Made by a program: the position numbers and the translations under genes
IMG/VR virus record: IMGVR_UViG_3300044724_008437
Span: 1-62,374 of that record
DNA length: 62,374 bases
Direction: 5' to 3' (one strand)
Source of the DNA: a virus
Taxonomy: Duplodnaviria; Caudoviricetes
The notes under the pieces: model-generated
Told to the model about the DNA's origin: nothing
The model's input: only the letters and a program-made list of their open reading frames with translations
Databases searched by the model: none
Shown here: piece after piece, positions 37,654 to 45,845 of the stretch
Layout of the letters: each line of letters opens with the position of its first letter
Position numbering within the stretch: the stretch's first letter is position 1

Positions 37654-40600
37654 AACCAGCACGCTGCGCTAGCTGTCCTCTATACCGCGATACTTACATA
37701 GCACCACTCGGGGCTAATGTAGGTGCTAAGGTGGTGTTCTTATTGGAAGCACCCCCTAGCTGGGCGAGAGTGTCCCTTAGCGGAAAAGAAGCAGACTTAC
37801 TAAAAGTCGTACTATCTACTGCAGCAGAGCAAGATACCACAGGCACCACTGCGGATATGATTAACTCAGCTCTGTATATGTACGCTCTTAGCTGCGCCTC
37901 TAACACGCCTGCCTCTGTTAAACTTATTAACAGTTGTTCAGACAACGTAGGGGCCCAGCAAGTTATAAACTCCGGGGCAGAGGTGGTAGTTGCCTTTGGG
38001 GCTAAGCCACTTAGTTTCTTTGGAATTAAAGACAAGCATTCCAACCTCCTGGGGGGTATGCGGGAAGTCAGGTTTCATGGAAAAAATCTAAAGCTGATTA
38101 CTACGTTCTCAGTATCTCAGCTACTAAGAGAGCCGGGCATAGCCGACATTATGGCTAAGGACATTCAGAAAGCAGCCCTAGCTGTAGCTGGAAAACCTCT
38201 GGATCATATAGACATACCCGAGCTAATTAAGGGGTACGACATACCTACGTCTCTAGAAGAGGCGATTAGTATAGCCGAGGAGTACTGCTCTTACTCCAAA
38301 CCTGGCAAAAAACTAGCACAAACTATGATGGCCTTAGACTTCGAGACTAATACCCTTTACAACTACTGGGATAAGTCTAGAACTATTGCTATCTCCGGTG
38401 CGGTAGCCCCGGGTAAGGCGTTTGCGTTGTACGTAGACCACAAGGATAGTCCTTACTCGTTCAGAGATATAATACCCTGGGTATGGAAGATTCTACAGTC
38501 TGACCATCCCAAATGCTGGTGGAACTATAAATTTGACTATGGAATCGCCGCAATAACGCTACTACGGCAGACCTATGAGGCTATGGCCGAGGACTCCTCG
38601 GGTACCCTCAGGTCTAAAATAGAAGAAGTTACCGGTAGAGACTTTAACGAGATACTTGCTAACCCCGTAAACAACACTCAATGGGATGGTTTACTTGGTG
38701 AGCATATGCTAGACGAGAATAAGTCTGGGCACTACTCACTAAAGAGCGTTGTACTAAAACACTATCCCTCTCTTTCCGGTTACGAGAAACCCCTGCACGA
38801 GCAGATTGCCTCGGCTAATGATATACTAGTAGCTAAGTACGAAGCTGACGCTACGGACAACGCTCTAGTAGGGCTGCAAAAGCTTTCCCCTACAGGTAGT
38901 TCTAGCGATCTGAGTACTGAGCTAGAGGAAATCAAGAGGATTAGTACTAAACTAAGGGCGGATAAAAAGTCTAAGAAAGCCAATGCCTCCCTAAAAGCTA
39001 CTATAGACAGCACTATAGACATTCTTAAATGCCGATCAAAACATATACGTAAGGTTAGAACTGAAGTATCAAAGATACTTAGGACAGTAACGTCTATAGA
39101 TCAGGGTATTGAATTTAGCAACCCACTTCACAACGCGGCTACCTTTGAGGACGTAGAACCCAAAGTAATGCTGCCGTATGCCGCTATAGATGCGGACCTA
39201 ACTCTTCGTATAAGCGATAGTCAACGCAAAAAAGCCTGGGCTGAAGACCCTAAGAAGGTAGCTGACAAAGAAAATCGTGACTATATGATGCTGCTTATGG
39301 CTAAACACTACATACCTCTTACCTATGTACTTAGCGACATGCAGACAGAGGGTATTCGTATAGATAGGGCCTACCTACTATCCGAAAGTGATAGACTGTT
39401 GAATAAGGAGACTACTCTAGAAAAAGAGCTAGTATCACAGATAGCTAGCGATCTAGGTAGGGACATAAATGATATTGTCCTTCATAATCCTACTGAACTA
39501 GCCAACCTTATGGTTGGCGGGTATGGCCTACCTGTGGTCGCAACCACTGACTCCGGTGAAGCTTCCAGTAGCAACGTAGCTATGGAAGCCTGGGCCAAGC
39601 TAAATCCGATAGCTGACAAAATACTTGAGTATCGAAAGGTCGCTAAGGCCCGATCTACTTATGTACAGAATCTATTGACACTATCAGACTATGATTCCAG
39701 AGTTCATGGAAACATATGGGCTAATGGAACAGCTACAGGACGCTTGTCAGCCTCTAAACCAAATCTACAAAATCAGCCCCCAAAGCTAGGTGGCACGTTC
39801 ATTAAGAAAGCGTTTGTTCCTACCGATACTAGCTCAGAGGCTACGTCCTGGGAGGTACACCTACGACGTAAGTATAAGTGGGCTGTAGGTGAAGAAATGT
39901 GCATAGTAGACCTAGACTTTGCAGGAGCAGAGGTTAGGGGCCTAACTGTGTATGCCCAGGACCCTGCTCTGCTAGACGCCCTTAATAGGGGTCTGGATAT
40001 GCATAGCTGGGTAGCTAGCATAGTTTTTGACCTAGACTATGACTCTATAAATATGGCCAGGAAAGTAGACAAAGCTAAGCAAAACGAGACGGAACAAAAG
40101 CTCGTTACCAATAGACAGCACGCTAAAGCTATAGTATTTGGACTTATATTCTGTATAAGTGCACCTAAGCTAGCTAATGACTTAAAGATATCCGTAGCTG
40201 AGGCCGAGGGCCTCATGGCCATGTTCTTTCAAAGGTTCCCTAAGATAAAAGAATATATCGAAGGGACTAAGAACAGGGTCGTAAGGGAAGGGATACTTCG
40301 TACCCCCACAGGGCGAGCCCGTAGATTCCCATTAGCTAAAGCAGGGGGAGCAATGGCGGCCTCTAGTCAACGTCAGGGTGTTAATTTTCTAGTACAAGGA
40401 TTTACTTCAGAGATAGTAAATAGGGTGCTGATAAATCTACACAGACACATGCACGAGGTCAGGGGCAGGCTAATGATCACAGTACATGACTCTATAGTGT
40501 TTGAAATGCCTAGAAAAAACCTAGGTATGTTAGACCAATTTTTCTCTAAAAGGGTGCGGGAGTTCATACAGCAAGAATTCCCAATGGTGCCTGTAGACCT

Positions 40601-40673
40601 GCCCTACGACGTAGAAGTGGGACCTACATATGGAGAAGCTAAACATAGCATAGGAGCATACGCGCAAATGTAG
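37650..40673 (+). CDS. polA: Family A DNA polymerase with N-terminal UDG-like domain and 3'-5' exonuclease
   Basis: CASCPL and LEAPP (UDG-like); DFET and YAAIDA exonuclease motifs; TGRLS..PNLQN; DFAGAEVR; RQHAK; VHDS. Confidence 0.93.
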   Translation: MKPARCASCPLYRDTYIAPLGANVGAKVVFLLEAPPSWARVSLSGKEADLLKVVLSTAAEQDTTGTTADMINSALYMYALSCASNTPASVKLINSCSDNVGAQQVINSGAEVVVAFGAKPLSFFGIKDKHSNLLGGMREVRFHGKNLKLITTFSVSQLLREPGIADIMAKDIQKAALAVAGKPLDHIDIPELIKGYDIPTSLEEAISIAEEYCSYSKPGKKLAQTMMALDFETNTLYNYWDKSRTIAISGAVAPGKAFALYVDHKDSPYSFRDIIPWVWKILQSDHPKCWWNYKFDYGIAAITLLRQTYEAMAEDSSGTLRSKIEEVTGRDFNEILANPVNNTQWDGLLGEHMLDENKSGHYSLKSVVLKHYPSLSGYEKPLHEQIASANDILVAKYEADATDNALVGLQKLSPTGSSSDLSTELEEIKRISTKLRADKKSKKANASLKATIDSTIDILKCRSKHIRKVRTEVSKILRTVTSIDQGIEFSNPLHNAATFEDVEPKVMLPYAAIDADLTLRISDSQRKKAWAEDPKKVADKENRDYMMLLMAKHYIPLTYVLSDMQTEGIRIDRAYLLSESDRLLNKETTLEKELVSQIASDLGRDINDIVLHNPTELANLMVGGYGLPVVATTDSGEASSSNVAMEAWAKLNPIADKILEYRKVAKARSTYVQNLLTLSDYDSRVHGNIWANGTATGRLSASKPNLQNQPPKLGGTFIKKAFVPTDTSSEATSWEVHLRRKYKWAVGEEMCIVDLDFAGAEVRGLTVYAQDPALLDALNRGLDMHSWVASIVFDLDYDSINMARKVDKAKQNETEQKLVTNRQHAKAIVFGLIFCISAPKLANDLKISVAEAEGLMAMFFQRFPKIKEYIEGTKNRVVREGILRTPTGRARRFPLAKAGGAMAASSQRQGVNFLVQGFTSEIVNRVLINLHRHMHEVRGRLMITVHDSIVFEMPRKNLGMLDQFFSKRVREFIQQEFPMVPVDLPYDVEVGPTYGEAKHSIGAYAQM

Positions 40674-40680
40674 CCCTAAC

Positions 40681-40692
40681 TGTGTTATAAGT
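40681..40692 (+). promoter_or_regulatory. Promoter element TGTGTTATAAGT upstream of the ncRNA array
   Basis: Identical 12-mer to 27981-27992. Confidence 0.65.
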
Positions 40693-40695
40693 TAG

Positions 40696-41317
40696 TGCTC
40701 TATTGAGCATACTAGTAGCGATGAATCTTAAGAAGTAACTTCTCAGTACCATCTTTGGACGAAGTCCTGAACTTATGGACAGTTGTTCACCTTGTACTAG
40801 TAGCTAATTACTGGGAAGCAACTTCTCAGACCCAAGGTTGGTGTACCACCCGCTGCGCACGCCCCGGGATCCTGATGCATCACTTTGTACTAGTCCCCTA
40901 ACTCTAATTACTAGTAGCTAGGTAAAGAGTAGGCACTACTCTATCCCCTGGCGGCCTACGGCTGGCTGCACGGTCGTCCAAGCACACGCATGTACTAGTA
41001 GCTAACTAGCCGCGAAGTTACTTCGCGGATCTATAGTTGGTGGGTAAACCCTCACCTCGTGATGTCGTCGGAAGACCGACAACTCCTTGTACTAGAACCT
41101 AGGCTTCATTACTCGTAGAAACTACGAGGTCCCTACTCGGGGCCGTGTCGCCTAACGGCGAATTCGGCCCAGCGGCGACGGGATGTCGACACTAAATTGC
41201 TAGGTAATAACTGACTTAGGCTTGACTTATGTGTAGGTTACCTGCACTCTCTAGGTCTGGTCTACGACCAGGGAAAATCCCCAGAAATCCAGGGAAATTA
41301 CTATTTTGCTAAGTCAG
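40696..41317 (+). ncRNA. Array of six retron msr/msd-like structured RNA units
   Basis: Units 40710-40802, 40796-40894, 40909-41000, 40995-41095, 41097-41205 and 41211-41317. Each has terminal inverted repeats, G-C after the 5' arm, TG before the 3' arm, an NNA-triloop hairpin and a second hairpin. Confidence 0.75.
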
Positions 41318-41330
41318 GAAAAAACTAAAA

Positions 41331-41567
41331 ATGGACGCTAAACAAGCCGCTGACCGAGCGCACGTATGCGGTGCTCATGTAGAAATCGCACTAAACGAAC
41401 ACCCCTTCATAGAGGGCGACGCGGATGCAAAGGAAAAGGTAAAGGATATTATGGCCAATATCTGGAATCTCTACCAATACCTAAACGCTAAAGCTGAGGC
41501 TGAGGAGCTCAGCCCCCCTGATAAAACTGCAGATCGTGAGTTAGTATCTTGCACGCAGCCCAGCTAA
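41331..41567 (+). CDS. Small hypothetical protein directly after the array
   Basis: 78-aa ORF with AGGA SD; 3' end overlaps terminase. Confidence 0.6.
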   Translation: MDAKQAADRAHVCGAHVEIALNEHPFIEGDADAKEKVKDIMANIWNLYQYLNAKAEAEELSPPDKTADRELVSCTQPS

Positions 41568-43020
41568 ACACAGCCGCGTGCAGACAGTCATCAGGCGAGT
41601 TAGGCGAGTGGCGCCATACCTTCTTGCCGGAAGGCATCACCTCCTCATAGAGAGCAAGCATGTCTTCAAAAGCATCTTTCATCTCGGCCTCAGGTAAGAA
41701 CTGGACACGACCTTGCTTCACGTCCAAGAAGAAACAGTCTATAAGAGTGGTACGATCCGCTAGGTACCTGTCCACTCCGTTCCAGTTAAGAGGCTTACTA
41801 GAGCTACCGTACTGCAACTGATAAAGCGGCTTACCTTGTAGGCTCTTATGTAGCAGCGAATTAGCGAGAGCTCCCTCACCAGCATCGCCTATTACTAGGT
41901 TAACTCCATACTCATGGAACGTGCGCGCTATGCGCTCCACGGCATCTACGGGATTGACGTCCTTGTAGATACAGTAGTGGTGCATGATGAACTTACCACC
42001 CGGGGATCTAGAGAAAACCCAGCTAACAGTGCGACTAAGTCCCTTGCTGCCTCCTCCACTCCAATCGACGCCCCCACAGATAAAACCTGCGGGAGACTGC
42101 CTGGGCTTACATGCCCGGAGAAGCTCGTCGATTGATATGAGCCTTGACCCTACGGCGTCACTAACGCCTAATACCTCATTCTTAAACTTACTCTCGGAGT
42201 AAGTGTCTAGCTTGTTAAGTATCCTCCCCCACCGGTGAGGCTCCATATTAGCGGGTAAGATAACTTGAGGTACATGGAACGCTTTGGTGTAGTACTTATC
42301 TTTCATGTCTACCCATATACCGTTCCTGGGATCTACAGGCTTTGAGCAGTGGAGACACTCTATGCCGTTCTTACCGATACCCTTAACCTCTCGGTAAAAC
42401 GAGTACTTGTTACAAGCAAGGCACTTAATGCACCACTCACTCTGGGAACTGCTATCCCAGATAAACTGTATGGTGTTCTCTTGGGTCTTAGGTGTGCCCA
42501 TGTAGGACACAAACCCATACTTAGAATTAGCCAGGCACTCATTAACCACAGGCACTACTGCCTCGTAGTCTATGTCCTGAACCTCATCGTATATGATCCT
42601 ATCTGCGGATACTCCACGTACCCGATCAGGATCATCGGAGGCATAGTTAAACAGCAGCTCGGCCCCGTTACCCAGTACCTTCAGGAACACGTTGTCCGAG
42701 GTAACGGTGCCCATCAGCTCTTTAACTACAGGGCTATGTCTAACTAGCTTACTAATTCTAGTGTTAGAGAAAGTGCTAGTCTGCTTCAGTGTTGGCGCTA
42801 TATACAGCGTCTTAAAGTGAGGTATCGCAATACTCTCACACACACTAAACGCAGCAGCGCTAACTGACTTACCCACCTGTCGGCCGCACATCAATAGGGT
42901 ACTAGGCCACTCGCCCTCATAAAGGGCGTTATAGAAGGGGTAGTCATCTAAACTAAATGGAGAGCCGTCTAGCTCGAGCGTAGCCTCTGCTAGAGACTTT
43001 CTATCACAACTTAAATCCAT
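41509..43020 (-). CDS. terL: Terminase large subunit
   Basis: CGRQVGKS Walker A, RGVSADRIIYDEVQD Walker B, GTPKT, Zn ribbon, nuclease GVDW and PDDCLHA; start at 43020 preferred over 43041. Confidence 0.9.
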   Translation of the reverse strand: MDLSCDRKSLAEATLELDGSPFSLDDYPFYNALYEGEWPSTLLMCGRQVGKSVSAAAFSVCESIAIPHFKTLYIAPTLKQTSTFSNTRISKLVRHSPVVKELMGTVTSDNVFLKVLGNGAELLFNYASDDPDRVRGVSADRIIYDEVQDIDYEAVVPVVNECLANSKYGFVSYMGTPKTQENTIQFIWDSSSQSEWCIKCLACNKYSFYREVKGIGKNGIECLHCSKPVDPRNGIWVDMKDKYYTKAFHVPQVILPANMEPHRWGRILNKLDTYSESKFKNEVLGVSDAVGSRLISIDELLRACKPRQSPAGFICGGVDWSGGGSKGLSRTVSWVFSRSPGGKFIMHHYCIYKDVNPVDAVERIARTFHEYGVNLVIGDAGEGALANSLLHKSLQGKPLYQLQYGSSSKPLNWNGVDRYLADRTTLIDCFFLDVKQGRVQFLPEAEMKDAFEDMLALYEEVMPSGKKVWRHSPNSPDDCLHAAVFSWAACKILTHDLQFYQGG

Positions 43021-43030
43021 AAGGAACACC

Positions 43031-44188
43031 ATGTCCAACAAAGAAAAGAACTATGCCGACACCATCGGCGTTAGCCGTATTAGTATCGGCGACTGTCATA
43101 AGACCCTACTACCTATCATGCTTGCAGGCAATACGCCTTGCATGCATGGCGAGGCCGGTATCGGTAAGACCGAGATAGCCTTGCAGCTAGCCTACGCACT
43201 GGGCGTGAAGCGAGACGCCTTTGCCCCTATCATGGTAAGTCAGAAGCTTAGCTCTGACTTCTTAATCCCTTTCAGGGATAATACTGCCAAAGGCCAGTAC
43301 TTCCGGATGCTTATGGCAGGCTGGCTAAAGCCTATAATGGAAGCAGGAGAGCGCGGGGAGCCTTCTGTGCTCTTCTTCGATGAGATAACTCGTTACCAGG
43401 ATGCCGAGACTGCATCGGTTATCTTTTCTATCATCTCCGATAGAACCCTAGGCGAGTACAAGCTGCCAGATAACTGCTATATCTTAGCCGCCTGCAACCC
43501 GGATAACGGTAACTACCAGGTTAACGATATCCTAAATGACCCTGCTTGGCGCCGACGCCTAAACCACGTTGAGGTAGTGCACGACGTGGCTGGCTGGTTA
43601 CGTTGGGCTAAGGAGGAGGGTGTCCATGAGTGGGTAACCGACTATGTATCTAGCAACATAGAGATGCTCCTAGATGAGAAGGCACGAGCTGCTGGAAAGA
43701 TCTATGCTACACCCGCCAGCTGGGCTAGAGTTAGCAACTTCTTGCAGGTGAATGATAACCTGCTTAGCATGCCGGCCTTGGCTTCCTACGTAGGCTATGA
43801 CGTAGCTAGCGACTTTATAGCTTACACCGAGGATAGTGAGTTCAAACTGTCTCCGGCTACTGTGCTTAGTGACTGGACCCAGACGCTAGAGGTACTTACT
43901 CGCATAGAGGAGGCTAGCCGCGGCGACCTGGTTACTAGGCTCGTGAGCTCTACGGTGATGTACCTATTTACCAATAAGCCAGACGCAGCTAAAGCTGCGA
44001 GGCCCTTAACTAAATTCTGGGCGCACATCAGCGCAGAGGCCAAGGTTAAGCTCGTAACCGAGCTATTCTCCGGAAAGGAGCGGGACGGTGACTCCTACCA
44101 TACGCTCCTCATGTCCGAGGTTATGAAGTCGCCTCTCTGGGCCACTAAGATCCTGCCAGAGGTCAGGCACTGCATGGGTAGAGTCTAA
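43031..44188 (+). CDS. MoxR-like AAA+ ATPase
   Basis: GEAGIGKT, LFFDEI, AACNP, DPAWRRR. Confidence 0.88.
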   Translation: MSNKEKNYADTIGVSRISIGDCHKTLLPIMLAGNTPCMHGEAGIGKTEIALQLAYALGVKRDAFAPIMVSQKLSSDFLIPFRDNTAKGQYFRMLMAGWLKPIMEAGERGEPSVLFFDEITRYQDAETASVIFSIISDRTLGEYKLPDNCYILAACNPDNGNYQVNDILNDPAWRRRLNHVEVVHDVAGWLRWAKEEGVHEWVTDYVSSNIEMLLDEKARAAGKIYATPASWARVSNFLQVNDNLLSMPALASYVGYDVASDFIAYTEDSEFKLSPATVLSDWTQTLEVLTRIEEASRGDLVTRLVSSTVMYLFTNKPDAAKAARPLTKFWAHISAEAKVKLVTELFSGKERDGDSYHTLLMSEVMKSPLWATKILPEVRHCMGRV

Positions 44189-44212
44189 TATATAGGTGCT
44201 TAGGTAGCTAAG

Positions 44213-44851
44213 CTACTTTAGCGCATCTAATTTTTTAGATCTTAGCTTAGACATAGTGCCCACATATGTAGTTATTTCGTCTAACTTCCTCTTTAATACC
44301 GGGTTAGCTACGGAGTCAGATATCTCCTGGGGTAAGTCATAAAACCGCTCTAGTTGATCGCAGCATAGGGACAGCTCCTCTGGACAGTAGGGTATTCCCG
44401 AGTCGAATAGGCAGCCTGCCATATAAATCTTAGGATCCTCACCGAACAAGGGCTCTATGCCACTTGCGTTGTTGTATACCTGATTTAAGGCATTAAGCTC
44501 ATTTAAGGTATACGCTACTTGCGCAGGGCTTAGAGGCTCCCAAATGCGTGGTACGGCAAGCATCCCGTTACTGGTTTGCCCTATACACATAAACGCTGCT
44601 GCATCCCATAGATAGACTGGGTTTAGTAGAGCGGCTATCCCCCCTAAGAGCCTATCTCTACCTTCCTCAGGAGGTAAGCACCCCTCATCCTCTAGCTCCT
44701 CAAGAATAGTATCTATCTCCCAAGTAAAGCAGGCGCCACCTGTTAAAATATCGCAGCTGACTACTAAAGAAGTTAAAGGAACAATATGCCTAGACTTAAG
44801 TAGTTCTATGGCCGCGTCTTTATTTGTGTAGGTAGACGTAGCGGATTGCAT
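44213..44851 (-). CDS. Hypothetical protein
   Basis: 212-aa ORF, TAATG-coupled to the upstream gene. Confidence 0.75.
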   Translation of the reverse strand: MQSATSTYTNKDAAIELLKSRHIVPLTSLVVSCDILTGGACFTWEIDTILEELEDEGCLPPEEGRDRLLGGIAALLNPVYLWDAAAFMCIGQTSNGMLAVPRIWEPLSPAQVAYTLNELNALNQVYNNASGIEPLFGEDPKIYMAGCLFDSGIPYCPEELSLCCDQLERFYDLPQEISDSVANPVLKRKLDEITTYVGTMSKLRSKKLDALK

Positions 44852-45834
44852 TACAAAGATAGCTCCTTAACTAGGGCCTGCTTCATATCGGCAGGTAGGG
44901 TATCTAAAATCTCTACTAGGGCATCAGGCATTATCTCTCCGTTTTCGGAGATCTCGGATACTATATCACTACCTAAAATGTCACCGTAAGCTTCAGGGCT
45001 AACAGCCAGTAACTTCTCAACGGGTACCTGCTTACCTGCTAATTCTAGCATAGGCTGCATGGCAGTCTTGGTATTAAATACAGTAGAAACTGGATCCAAT
45101 AGCGTCCTACCATAGTATCTATTAAACCCGGCTAAGCTATCTAGCTCACCAATAGCATTAGATAACTTTATAAGGTCGTCCCGATCTACGGAGCCGTCTA
45201 GGCTGGTTACTACATGAGCAATCTTAGTATAAGCCTCACTAATTGCTGAAGTAGGCGCCTTATGTGCTCGGGTCTCTACCCAGTCCCGCGTCTCTTGAGT
45301 GTCACATTGGACTAGTCCCGCATATTTAAGAGTCCAGTTACTTACGTTTTCCCCTCTACGAGAAGCCTCCTTCACAAGCTTTAAGGCACCGTCGGTTAAA
45401 GACTTGCTAGACAACTTAGCTTGATTACGCTGTAGGGCTTCTTCTCCTGCGGAAATTGGGGTATTAGAGTAAAACGCTAACTTTTGCTGAGACTCTGCTA
45501 AATACATAGGAGCTTCTTCTTTATAGGAAGCTAATTTTGGTTGATTGAAGATATCCTTCGGTACATCAAACATATCTAGCGCTGTGTCTATCTGGACCAT
45601 AACCGTGCTCGCAAGATTTGCCACTTTTGTGGCATAAGCCTTAGACAGCACCGCGTCTGCCGCTGAATGGACCGGGAACAACCTATTACCCGGGTCAGCA
45701 AACGCAGATACAGGCAAGGAGTTTCTAACATCTTCTCCTACCTGGGCTGTTTTAACATATTCCCTAATCTCGGGATATGTAGCTAGCACGTCTCTTAGGG
45801 AGGCGTAAGTAACATCAGTATTCTGATCAATCAT
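44851..45834 (-). CDS. Hypothetical virion-type protein (KxA motifs)
   Basis: 327 aa; KTA, KVA, KLA, KYA, KIA; SAFADP..RLFP. Confidence 0.75.
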   Translation of the reverse strand: MIDQNTDVTYASLRDVLATYPEIREYVKTAQVGEDVRNSLPVSAFADPGNRLFPVHSAADAVLSKAYATKVANLASTVMVQIDTALDMFDVPKDIFNQPKLASYKEEAPMYLAESQQKLAFYSNTPISAGEEALQRNQAKLSSKSLTDGALKLVKEASRRGENVSNWTLKYAGLVQCDTQETRDWVETRAHKAPTSAISEAYTKIAHVVTSLDGSVDRDDLIKLSNAIGELDSLAGFNRYYGRTLLDPVSTVFNTKTAMQPMLELAGKQVPVEKLLAVSPEAYGDILGSDIVSEISENGEIMPDALVEILDTLPADMKQALVKELSL

Positions 45835-45845
45835 GGAGGAATCCT

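Noticed and set aside
40725-40901. Stop-free reading frame across array units 1-2
   Set aside because: No convincing start or SD; the structural pattern explains the region better
40696-41317. Array as a CRISPR or mini-CRISPR
   Set aside because: The shared sequence is only ~8-12 nt and changes in U5 and U6; the inter-repeat segments are long and structured; there is no cas operon, and the two Cas4-like nucleases sit in the replication block
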